From Thermoanaerobaculia bacterium (lineage in GTDB: Bacteria; Acidobacteriota; Thermoanaerobaculia; UBA5066), in the NCBI GenBank assembly GCA_963816185.1, contig CAWFJJ010000008.1:128001-192000 (forward strand): DNA of 64,000 nt, read 5' to 3'. Made by a program: the position numbers and the translations under genes. The notes under the pieces were generated by a model. That model searched no databases. It saw only the letters and a program-made list of their open reading frames with translations, and was not told the DNA's origin. Positions 9,574 to 20,559 of the stretch are shown here, one piece after another (position 1 is the first letter of the stretch; each line of letters starts with the position of its first letter).

Positions 9574-10466
9574 GGCCGCCGGCCGTCCTCATGCCCGCCT
9601 TCCGGCGGGTCGAAGCGTCACGGCGGGCGATCGCCTCGCTGAGAGCCGCGGGCGCGGAACGCATCATCTTCGTGGACGACGAGGGAGCTTCGGACGGAGG
9701 CGCGCTCGCGCGAGAGTTCCCGGGCCTCGACGTGATCCGGACCGAGAAGCCTGCCTGGTGGACCGGCGCGATCGTCCTCGGAATCGAAAGAGCGCGAGCG
9801 CAGACCGAAGGCGCGGTCCTCTTCTTCAATCAGGACGTGACCTGCGCTCCGGACTATTTCGCACGTCTTCTCGCCACGGTCGAGAAGAATCCCGGTGCTC
9901 TCGTCGGCAGCGCGATCTTCTACGTGCAGGAGCCGTCGCGCGTCTGGTCCGCGGGCGGCGCCGTGGAGTGGTGGGGCCGTGGCATTCGCGTGCTGCACCA
10001 CGGCGCGCCGGCAGCGTCGCTGCCAAAAGAGCCGTTCGCGGCCGACTGGCTCTTCGGGATGGGGACGTACGTCCCGGTCGAGGTCTTCGACCGCATCGGC
10101 CTTCCGGACGCCGCGCGCTTCCCGATGGCGTGGGGCGACCTCGACTTTTCCTTGCGCGCGAAGCGGGCGGGCATCCCGGTGCTCGTGGATCCGGCGGCAC
10201 GGCTCTTCCACGAGGTGGGCGAGTACGACGCGCGCGTCGCGGGCGCGCCGAGCGCGAGGCAGTACGCCGGGTGGATGGCGGACGACAAGCACAATCTCTC
10301 GCTCTCCGCTCACGCGGAGATCTGGAAAAGGCACGGCCCACGGCTCCTGTGGCCGCTCTCGCTGGCGATGAGAATCGGGTTCCTGCTCGTCAATTTCATT
10401 CGCATTCGGTTGAAGTTTCCGCGCGAGAAACGCGCACGCGAAGGTAAGGATGGTTTTTCTGCTTAG
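9570..10466 (+). CDS. GT2 glycosyltransferase (rhamnosyltransferase-like)
   Basis: AVLMP, IFVDD, FFNQD and GDLDFSLRA. Probable CTG start overlapping the gmd stop; alternative ATG at 9591. Confidence 0.85.
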   Translation: MRPPAVLMPAFRRVEASRRAIASLRAAGAERIIFVDDEGASDGGALAREFPGLDVIRTEKPAWWTGAIVLGIERARAQTEGAVLFFNQDVTCAPDYFARLLATVEKNPGALVGSAIFYVQEPSRVWSAGGAVEWWGRGIRVLHHGAPAASLPKEPFAADWLFGMGTYVPVEVFDRIGLPDAARFPMAWGDLDFSLRAKRAGIPVLVDPAARLFHEVGEYDARVAGAPSARQYAGWMADDKHNLSLSAHAEIWKRHGPRLLWPLSLAMRIGFLLVNFIRIRLKFPREKRAREGKDGFSA

Positions 10467-10629
10467 AAGATTCGTCGTGCGGCGGTGTGCCGTCCACAGC
10501 GGGCTCCCTCGGCCCGGTACCCCCTGCTCCTTCGCGCGTGAACTCGCTTCGCTCAGACAGCACGCGCGTGCGTCGCAAGGGGCACCGGCGCCTCGCTCGC
10601 CCCGGCCCTCACCCCATTCACCTTCTAAG
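10462..10629. repeat. Intergenic nested palindrome (MITE/REP-like)
   Basis: CTTAGAAG/CTTCTAAG termini; CCGGTACCCC/GGGGCACCGG and CGCGCGTG/CACGCGCG stems; loop AACTCGCTTCGCTCAGACAG. Confidence 0.6.
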
Positions 10630-10652
10630 AAGGTCCTCTTCGGGCGTTTCCT

Positions 10653-11543
10653 GTGAGCAACAGGCTGCCTTCAATCTCGCTGGTCACTCCCTCGCTCAAC
10701 CAGGGAAAGTTCATCCGCGCGACGATCGAGAGCGTTCTCTCGCAGGGCTACCCGGATCTCGACTATCGCGTGCAGGACGGCGGCTCGACGGACGGGACGC
10801 TCGCGGTGCTGCGCGAATACGAGCCGCGCGTGGCGGTCGTCTCGGAGAAAGATCGCGGGCAGGCGGACGCGATCAACCGTGGCCTCTCGAAGGCGACAGG
10901 CGAAGTCCTCGGCTACCTGAACAGCGACGACCTCCTCCGGCCGGGCGCGCTCGCCGCGGTGGGCGAGGCCTTCGCGTCCGATCCGGAGCTGATGTTCGTG
11001 TGGGGCCGCGCGAGCTACATCGACGAGGCCGGCAGTGTCGTCTCGCCGTACCTCGCGAAAGCCGACGCGATCGAGCGCCTCGCGGATGCCTGCTTCATCG
11101 CGCAGCCGGCGGCTTTCTTCCGGAAGAAAGCCTGGGAAGAGATCGGGCCGTTCGACGAATCGCTCCATCACACGATGGACTACGACTACTGGCTGCGCAT
11201 CGCGGCACGGTACCCGCGATCGAGGATGCGCTTCCTCGACCGAGAGCTGGCCGGCTGCCGGATGCACGCAGACGCGAAGACCGTGGCGGGATGGACGCGG
11301 GCGCTGGACGAGATCTTCGCGCTCGTGAAGAAGCACACCGGCTACGTCTCGCTCTGGTGGTGCGTGGCGAAGTGGGACCATCTCACCGACGGCCGCAGCC
11401 AGGCCACGGACCCGCATCCCGTGCCGTGGCGTGCGTATCCGCCGGCAATCGCCGAGTTCCTGCGGCGGAATCCGACGCGGCTGTGGGGGAGAGGGCTGAA
11501 GGGCAGCCTGGGAGGCCTGAGGAAGAGGTTTGGCCAGCGTTGA
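10653..11543 (+). CDS. GT2 glycosyltransferase (WcaE/WfgS-like)
   Basis: SLVTPSLNQG, DGGSTDGT, GQADAINRG, YLNSDD and MDYDYWLR. Confidence 0.92.
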   Translation: MSNRLPSISLVTPSLNQGKFIRATIESVLSQGYPDLDYRVQDGGSTDGTLAVLREYEPRVAVVSEKDRGQADAINRGLSKATGEVLGYLNSDDLLRPGALAAVGEAFASDPELMFVWGRASYIDEAGSVVSPYLAKADAIERLADACFIAQPAAFFRKKAWEEIGPFDESLHHTMDYDYWLRIAARYPRSRMRFLDRELAGCRMHADAKTVAGWTRALDEIFALVKKHTGYVSLWWCVAKWDHLTDGRSQATDPHPVPWRAYPPAIAEFLRRNPTRLWGRGLKGSLGGLRKRFGQR

Positions 11544-11554
11544 CGAACAGGGTT

Positions 11555-11797
11555 TCAGCCGAAAAGCACGTCGAGTAGCTGTTCCCGATCGACTTTCGCG
11601 TGGCTGGCAACGTCGTCGAGTATGGCGGCGAGCGTGCCGACCTTTAGCGGCGAATGCACGGGAACCGTGATGTGGTGGGCACCGCCCCGTTCGGTGGTCA
11701 ACCTCATGTGGCTGCCCGACTGGCGGGTAACCCTGTAGTCAAGTTTTGCGAGCGCGCGCGCCAGATCGACGCCCGCCAGATCCCGCGGCAGCTTCAA
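11555..11797 (-). CDS. hicA: Type II toxin, HicA family mRNA interferase
   Basis: RQSGSH and ITVPVH..LKVGTLAAIL. TTGA overlap with the upstream gene. Confidence 0.9.
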   Translation of the reverse strand: MKLPRDLAGVDLARALAKLDYRVTRQSGSHMRLTTERGGAHHITVPVHSPLKVGTLAAILDDVASHAKVDREQLLDVLFG

Positions 11798-12006
11798 ACG
11801 GCGAGCACCTCATCGCGAACGAAATGAAGCCTTACGGCTCTCGGCGCCGCGTTCTCTTCGAAGTGGCACCGGATCGCGTCTCGCACGCGCTCGTGCAATT
11901 GCTCGAGATCGTCCGCTTCCGTGAAGATGCTTTCGCCAACTGCCTGCGCGACGTAGCCACCCTCGGGGGCATCCTGGACGACGAAGAGAATCTCAGCCGG
12001 GGTCAT
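11794..12006 (-). CDS. HicB-like antitoxin (short, no DNA-binding domain)
   Basis: [49 protein letters not shown]; RNase H-like HicB pattern; translationally coupled to hicA. Confidence 0.8.
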   Translation of the reverse strand: MTPAEILFVVQDAPEGGYVAQAVGESIFTEADDLEQLHERVRDAIRCHFEENAAPRAVRLHFVRDEVLAV

Positions 12007-12090
12007 CCAGCACAGCATAGCGGGCTCGCCGGCCCGAGGGAAATCCCTTCTCCGAACGAATCGTCTCCGGGTCCATAATCCCCGGCCCCG

Positions 12091-14949
<2,859 letters not shown>

Positions 14950-14963
14950 AATTTCCAGTCACC

Positions 14964-15953
14964 GTGATCACCGGCTTCAACACGGACGTGAAGCACGAAA
15001 CGAAGGTGTTTCACGTGCAGACGGAGGATCGCGGCCTCGCGAATCCGGTGGTGGAGTCGCTCGTCTACGTGGGCGGCGAGATCCTGATGTCGAAGAAGAG
15101 CCCCTACCGGGACCTCATCAGCGGCGATCGCGTGGACGAGAAGGCGCTGCGCGAAATGATGGACCTGCAGCACCGCCGCGTGATCGAGGCCGTTCGCCGC
15201 GGCCGGCTCGACAAGGGAAAGATCGGCGACGCGCCGTCCGACTGGGCCGACGACACGCTGCCGCATCCGGAGAAGATGTCCGCGGCGGCGCTGGCGGCGG
15301 TCCACGCGATCCTCTCGGCGCCGCCGGAGCCGCTTCCGGGCGATCGGCCGGCCCCCGGCAAGCCGCGTGTCGTGACGAGCGCGGCGAGTCCTGCGTCCGT
15401 GCCGCCTGCGCCCCCGGCACCTGCCCCGGCGGCGCCGAAGTCGAGCGCAGCCTTCGTGCCTCCCGCCGGCGCCGTATCGCCCCCCAAGCGGACTGCGGCG
15501 CCCGCCCCGCCCGCCCGACCCGCGGCGCCGCCGCCTCCCGTGCAGGCTCCCGCGCCGCCGGCCCCGCCGAAGCCGAAGTCCGGCACCGCGCTGCGCTCCC
15601 TCGATCAGGTCATCGTCGACTACCTCGCCTCGGAGGCGGCTTCGGAGCACCTCGAGATCGCCCTCACGGCCGACGGCGACCTCGTTTCCGGCGAGTCCGT
15701 GGCGCTCACCGTGAAGGCCTCGACGTCGCTCACCGAGAAGCCGCTCGCCGGCGCCCACGTGTCGATCCGGGTCGTTTCCACCGTCCGGCCCCCGCAAATC
15801 CTCTTCCGCGGCGTCACGGGAGCCGACGGCATCGTGAAGTCCGTCTGCGTCCTGCCCGACATCGGCACGGGGAACGCGGCGCTGATCATCGCGGCCTCTT
15901 CCGGCCTCGGGAACAACGAGATCAAACAGCTCATCCGGAAGAAGCCCCGTTAG
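14964..15953 (+). CDS. Hypothetical protein: conserved-looking N-domain, Pro/Ala linker, C-terminal beta-sandwich
   Basis: GTG at 14964 gives MITGFNTDVKHETKVFHVQTEDRG. High-GC3 codon use; TAGAAT upstream. Confidence 0.8.
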   Translation: MITGFNTDVKHETKVFHVQTEDRGLANPVVESLVYVGGEILMSKKSPYRDLISGDRVDEKALREMMDLQHRRVIEAVRRGRLDKGKIGDAPSDWADDTLPHPEKMSAAALAAVHAILSAPPEPLPGDRPAPGKPRVVTSAASPASVPPAPPAPAPAAPKSSAAFVPPAGAVSPPKRTAAPAPPARPAAPPPPVQAPAPPAPPKPKSGTALRSLDQVIVDYLASEAASEHLEIALTADGDLVSGESVALTVKASTSLTEKPLAGAHVSIRVVSTVRPPQILFRGVTGADGIVKSVCVLPDIGTGNAALIIAASSGLGNNEIKQLIRKKPR

Positions 15954-16022
15954 GTGCGCTTGAAGCCCCGGCGCCGAGAAGGTATATTGCCCGGCCGCTT
16001 CGGGGCACACTCGGAGCTGTAC

Positions 16023-16098
16023 GGGCCGCTAGCTCAATTGGCAGAGCAACAGACTCTTAATCTGTGGGTTGTGGGTTCAAGTCCCTCGCGGCTCACCA
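16023..16098 (+). tRNA. tRNA-Lys (CTT)
   Basis: Cloverleaf; anticodon arm ACAGA-CT CTT AA-TCTGT; GGTTCAAGTCC; encoded CCA. Confidence 0.97.
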
Positions 16099-16109
16099 TG
16101 GATTTCTCG

Positions 16110-16139
16110 AAGCCGGTCGCACGCGCGGCCGGCTTTTTT
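16110..16139 (+). terminator. Rho-independent terminator after tRNA-Lys
   Basis: AAGCCGGTCGC/GCGGCCGGCTT stem followed by a T-tract. Confidence 0.85.
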
Positions 16140-16152
16140 CTTGGACGAGATC

Positions 16153-16320
16153 GAGAATGAAGAAGAAGAAGAAAGAGGAGATTCTGAGAATGAGTAAGAG
16201 AAGAGAGGAGATTCGTAGAATGAGCTGGAGAGCGCTGCGCCGGGGCGGGCTCCGGAATGGCGGCGCGTGCGCCGCGGCCACCGGATTTCTCTTCTTCATT
16301 CTAAGAATCTTCTCTTTCTC
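16153..16320. repeat. Purine-rich ~30 bp tandem repeat plus an inverted pyrimidine-rich copy
   Basis: GAAAGAGGAGATTCTGAGAATGAGTAAGAG (16171-16200) versus the reverse complement of 16289-16318, 26/30 identical. Tandem units start at 16153 and 16186. Confidence 0.75.
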
Positions 16321-18409
16321 TCTGTTTTCCTTCGCGGCGGACGCCTCGGCGGCGTCCGCCGCGCCCGCCGGCCGCCCGATGTCTCTCGACGACCTCCTCA
16401 CGGCGGTGCGCGTGGCGGACCCTCAGGTCTCTCCGGACGGGCGGCAAGTGGCCTTCGTGCGCACGACGACCAATCTCGCCGCCGGGAAGCGCGATGCGGA
16501 TGTCTGGCTCGTGCCCGCCGACGGCTCGGCCCCTCCCCGCCCGCTCACGCGTAACGAGAAGACCGACGACACCCCCCGCTTCTCGCCCGACGGAAAGACC
16601 CTCGCGTTCATCTCCAACCGCGGCGGTACGCCCCAGGTGTATCTCCTCGACCTTTCGGGCGGCGAGCCGCGCAAGCTGACGGACGTCGCGATGGGCGTGC
16701 AGGATCCGCTCGTCTTCTCGCCCGACGGAAAGAAGCTGGCCTTCGTCTCCGACGTGTTTCCGGACTGCGCCGACGAAGCCTGCAACCGGAAACGGCGCGA
16801 AGAGGCCGAGAAAGACCCCGTCAAGGTCCATCACTTGACACGCCTGATGTATCGCCACTGGGACGAGTGGCGGGAGAACGTGCGGCACCACGTCCTCGTG
16901 GCCGACGTGGCGACGGGCGCCGTGACGGACGTGACGCCGGGCGATTTCGACTCGCCCCCGCACGATTACGAGGAGGGCGCCATCGCCTTCTCGCCTGACG
17001 GAACGCAGATCGCGTTCGTCTCGAATCGTGACGGAAACGACCGCGAGGCTTTCACGACGAACAAGGACGTCTTCCTCGTGCCCGCGGCGGGCGGCGCCGC
17101 CGAGAAGCTCACCGTCCAGAACGCCGCAGCGGACTTCAGCCCGGCCTTCACGGGAGACGGCGCGTCGGTTCTCGTGCGCGCGCAGCGGCGGCCGACGTTC
17201 GAGGCGGACCGCTGGTACCTCGATCTCTACGACCGGAAGACGAAGGCGAAAAAGACGCTTTTCGAGAGCCCGGATCTGTCGGTCGACGAGTTCGTCCTCT
17301 CGAAGGACGGCAAGACCGTTTACTTCACGGCCGAAAGAGAGGGAAGAAGAGATCTCTTCGAAGTGTCCCTCGCAGGGGGAACGCCCCGCGAGATCCTGAA
17401 GGGCGGCGACATCGGCTCCCTGAGAGCCGGTCCGGGCTTTCTCGTCTTCACGGAAAGCACGCTGACGGCGCCCGCGGAGATCTTCTCTTTACCATTCGAA
17501 GAAAAATCTCCATCTCCCGGCGCGACAGGCCAGCAGGCGACGACTCCGCGGACCCGCGCGCTGACCGACGAAAACCGTTCCTGGCGGAAGGACGTTTCCT
17601 TCTCCCAGCCGGAAAGTCTCTCCGCAACGGGCGCCGCGGGCGCGCGCGTGCAGTACTGGCTGATCAAGCCGCCGGCGTTCGACGCGGCGAAGAAATATCC
17701 CGTCGTCTTCCTCATCCACGGCGGCCCGCAAGGCGCGTGGGAGGACGGCTGGTCGTTCCGCTGGTGCCCGAGCCTGTGGGCCGCGCAGGGTTGGGTCGTC
17801 GCGCTTCCGAATCCGCGCGGATCCACGGGCTTCGGCCAGAAGTTCGTGGACGAGATCTCCGGCGACTGGGGCGGCAAGGTCATGGTCGACCTGAACGCCG
17901 TCTTCGACGCCGTCGTGAAGCTGCCGTTCGTGGACGCGTCGCGCCAGGGGATCGCGGGAGCCAGCTACGGCGGCTACGCGGTGGACTGGATCCTCGGCCA
18001 CACCGGCCGCTTCAAGGCGGCGGTCACGCACGACGGCGTCTTCAACCTCGAGTCCATGACGACGGCGACCGAGGAGCTGTGGTTCACGGACTGGGATTTC
18101 GGCGGGGCCCCGTGGACGGCGAAGGCGAAGGAGCAGTTCGCGAAGTGGTCGCCGCACCATTACGCCGACAAGATCACGACGCCCACGCTCGTCATCACGA
18201 ACGAGAAGGACTTCCGCGTGCCCGTCGACCAGGGTTTGCAGCTCTTCACCACGCTGCGCCGGCACGGAGTGCCGTCCGAGGCGCTCGTCTTCCCGGACGA
18301 GGGTCACTTCGTCCTGAAGCCCCTGAACAGCAAGCGTTGGCACGAAACCGTGTTCGGATGGATGAAGAAGTGGCTGGAGCGCGGACACGACGTCCCCGGT
18401 CCCCTCTAG
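16157..18409 (+). CDS. S9 family peptidase (dipeptidyl peptidase 5-like) with WD40/TolB propeller
   Basis: SPDGK repeats, IHGGPQG, GASYGG nucleophile, DFRVP and FPDEGH. Start uncertain (16157, 16190 or 16220). Confidence 0.93.
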   Translation: MKKKKKEEILRMSKRREEIRRMSWRALRRGGLRNGGACAAATGFLFFILRIFSFSLFSFAADASAASAAPAGRPMSLDDLLTAVRVADPQVSPDGRQVAFVRTTTNLAAGKRDADVWLVPADGSAPPRPLTRNEKTDDTPRFSPDGKTLAFISNRGGTPQVYLLDLSGGEPRKLTDVAMGVQDPLVFSPDGKKLAFVSDVFPDCADEACNRKRREEAEKDPVKVHHLTRLMYRHWDEWRENVRHHVLVADVATGAVTDVTPGDFDSPPHDYEEGAIAFSPDGTQIAFVSNRDGNDREAFTTNKDVFLVPAAGGAAEKLTVQNAAADFSPAFTGDGASVLVRAQRRPTFEADRWYLDLYDRKTKAKKTLFESPDLSVDEFVLSKDGKTVYFTAEREGRRDLFEVSLAGGTPREILKGGDIGSLRAGPGFLVFTESTLTAPAEIFSLPFEEKSPSPGATGQQATTPRTRALTDENRSWRKDVSFSQPESLSATGAAGARVQYWLIKPPAFDAAKKYPVVFLIHGGPQGAWEDGWSFRWCPSLWAAQGWVVALPNPRGSTGFGQKFVDEISGDWGGKVMVDLNAVFDAVVKLPFVDASRQGIAGASYGGYAVDWILGHTGRFKAAVTHDGVFNLESMTTATEELWFTDWDFGGAPWTAKAKEQFAKWSPHHYADKITTPTLVITNEKDFRVPVDQGLQLFTTLRRHGVPSEALVFPDEGHFVLKPLNSKRWHETVFGWMKKWLERGHDVPGPL

Positions 18410-20376
18410 CTCGGACGCCGGCGGAAGCCGGACCATCGCACCCGAGTGCCCTCGAGACGGCCTTCTTCGCCGCGCCCGTCTTTGCCGGCCTGTGGGTCGC
18501 CGCGTGGGTCGAGGGCCTCTCGGCGTTCGGCCTCGTGGGATCCCGGATTGCCTGGGCCGTGTTCTGGGGAGCGACCGCCGCTCTCGCGGCGGCGGGGTTC
18601 ATGGCCGTTCGAAAGGTCGTGCGGGCGGGATCCGTTCGGATGCCGCGGAGCGCCTCGCTCGCTGTGCCAGGCGTCGTCCTCGCCCTGACGTTCGTCGTCG
18701 CGCTCGTCGCGGCCCCGAACAACTGGGACTCGATGATCTACCACAACGCGCGCGTCATGGAGTGGTGGGACCACGGCTCGGTCGCCCCGTGGGACACGCC
18801 GATCGACCGTCAGGTGCGGATGCCGCCGCTCGCGTCCTACTTCAAGCTCGCGCTTCTCGGCCTGACGGGGACCGACGTCCTCTTCAACCTCGTGCAGTGG
18901 GTGTTCTTCGCGTTCTCGATCCTCGCGGCGGCCGCGCTCGCCGCGCGCCTGGTTCCGCCCGGCCGCGCGGGTCCGTGGGCGGCTCTCCTCGTCGCGACGG
19001 TCCCGATGGCGATCCTCCAGAGCACGAGCACGCAGAACGACGTCGTCGTGGCCGGCTACCTCCTCGCCGCCGTGTTCTTCTTGTCCCGCGCCTTCGCCGC
19101 GGACGGCGCGCCCTTCCGAGACCTCGCGCTCGGCGGCGCCGCCGTCGGCGTCGGCCTCGCGACGAAGGGGACGGCCTATCTCCTCGTCACGCCCTTTCTA
19201 GCGGTGGCGGGCGTCGCCGCCCTCGGGCGGATCATGCGCAGGCGGGAGCGGGAGCGCCGGGCGTGGGCCGCCGGACTCGGAGCGGCGGTCGCCCTCGTCA
19301 TCCTCACGAACGTCGGTTTCTGGGCGCGCAACGCGCGGGCCCTCGGCTCCCCCGTCGGCTCGGCTTACGAGGTCGTCCGCCCGTCCTCGTTCCTCGCCCT
19401 CGGCCTCCGGAAGGCGCCCGCCCTCGCGGCCTCGCAGATTCTTCGCTCCACGGTTCTGCAGCTGGGTCAGATCCGGATGGCGGGTGTGTCCGGCAGCACT
19501 CTCATCTCCAGCGCGGCTCGCGTGCACCGTAGGCTCGACATCGGGGTGAACGAGCCGGCCATCTCGGGCAAGTTCCCGTTCTACGAGGACGAGTGGCCGC
19601 TGCTGAACCACGAGGACACCGCGCCGTCGACCGCGACGTTCCTCGTCCTTCTGGGGGCGACGGGTCTCGCTCTCGCGCGGCGGTCTCTCCCCGGCAGGCG
19701 CGCCGTGCTCACCGCCTTCGCCTCAGGCTGGGCGGCCTGGCTCCTCGTCGCCCTCTTCGTTCGCTGGATGCCATGGAACGCACGGCTCCAGCTACCGGCG
19801 CTCGTTCTTCTCGCCGTTCCGGCGGGCGCGGTCGTCGCGGAGGGACTCGGCCGAATCTCGCGCGCCGCCCTCGCGTCCATTCTCGTTCTCCAGGCTCTTC
19901 CGGCGCTGCTCGTCAACCTGAGCCGCCCGCTTCTCGGCGTCTCTCCCTCACCGGAGAATCCGATCTGGCTGAAGAAACTGGTCCCGGAGGGTGTTGAATC
20001 GATCTTCTCGACCTCGCGCTGGCAGGACTACTTCCGCAACCGGCCCGACCTCCAGGTCGAGGTCGAGGACGTGATGCGGGCTGTGGCGCGGCGCTGCGAG
20101 TCGGGCGGCGTCGCACGGCTCGTCCTGGACGATGACGCGTGGGAGTACGCGCTCTGGGCAGGCGCGCGCCGCTTCGCTCCAGGCGTCCGGCTTCGGACTG
20201 GTGTATCGGCGCCAGGGGAGCCCGCGCCTTGCGCGGTCATCACGAGCCGCTGTCCCGGCGCGCTCGCCTTTTGTCTCGACGGACGAGAAGGGGCCCGGGG
20301 GGACGACGGGGGTGGGTCCCCGTCGTCGCCGCGGGTTCCCCCGAACAAGGCAGCCGGAGCAGGTCCCGCTGGATGA
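18358..20376 (+). CDS. Multi-TM GT-C (ArnT/PMT-like) glycosyltransferase
   Basis: PNNWDSMIYHNARV, LQSTSTQND, ATKGT and many TM helices. Start uncertain. Confidence 0.75.
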   Translation: MDEEVAGARTRRPRSPLARTPAEAGPSHPSALETAFFAAPVFAGLWVAAWVEGLSAFGLVGSRIAWAVFWGATAALAAAGFMAVRKVVRAGSVRMPRSASLAVPGVVLALTFVVALVAAPNNWDSMIYHNARVMEWWDHGSVAPWDTPIDRQVRMPPLASYFKLALLGLTGTDVLFNLVQWVFFAFSILAAAALAARLVPPGRAGPWAALLVATVPMAILQSTSTQNDVVVAGYLLAAVFFLSRAFAADGAPFRDLALGGAAVGVGLATKGTAYLLVTPFLAVAGVAALGRIMRRRERERRAWAAGLGAAVALVILTNVGFWARNARALGSPVGSAYEVVRPSSFLALGLRKAPALAASQILRSTVLQLGQIRMAGVSGSTLISSAARVHRRLDIGVNEPAISGKFPFYEDEWPLLNHEDTAPSTATFLVLLGATGLALARRSLPGRRAVLTAFASGWAAWLLVALFVRWMPWNARLQLPALVLLAVPAGAVVAEGLGRISRAALASILVLQALPALLVNLSRPLLGVSPSPENPIWLKKLVPEGVESIFSTSRWQDYFRNRPDLQVEVEDVMRAVARRCESGGVARLVLDDDAWEYALWAGARRFAPGVRLRTGVSAPGEPAPCAVITSRCPGALAFCLDGREGARGDDGGGSPSSPRVPPNKAAGAGPAG

Positions 20377-20437
20377 ACCGAGCCGAGGAGAGGGATCGAC
20401 GCGAACCGCTATGCTAGTTTCGGTTCGGTCCAGTCCG

Positions 20438-20522
20438 GCGGGAGTGGCGGAATCGGCAGACGCGCGGGACTTAGGATCCCGTGGGGCGACCCGTGAGGGT
20501 TCGAGTCCCTCCTCCCGCACCA
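20438..20522 (+). tRNA. tRNA-Leu (TAG)
   Basis: CGGGA-CT TAG GA-TCCCG anticodon arm, long variable arm, GGTTCGAGTCC and CCA. Sits before tig, as is typical. Confidence 0.97.
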
Positions 20523-20559
20523 GGTCAAAGGCAAGCACAATGCGCGCGGAAGGAACCCG

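Noticed and set aside
15340-15580. GC-rich repeats in the hypothetical gene
   Set aside because: Explained by a Pro/Ala low-complexity linker; no fixed DNA repeat unit.
16153-16224. CRISPR-like repeats
   Set aside because: About two degenerate adjacent units, with no spacers and no cas genes.
16023-20522. Genomic island between tRNA-Lys and tRNA-Leu
   Set aside because: No integrase, no duplicated tRNA 3' end, and ordinary codon usage.
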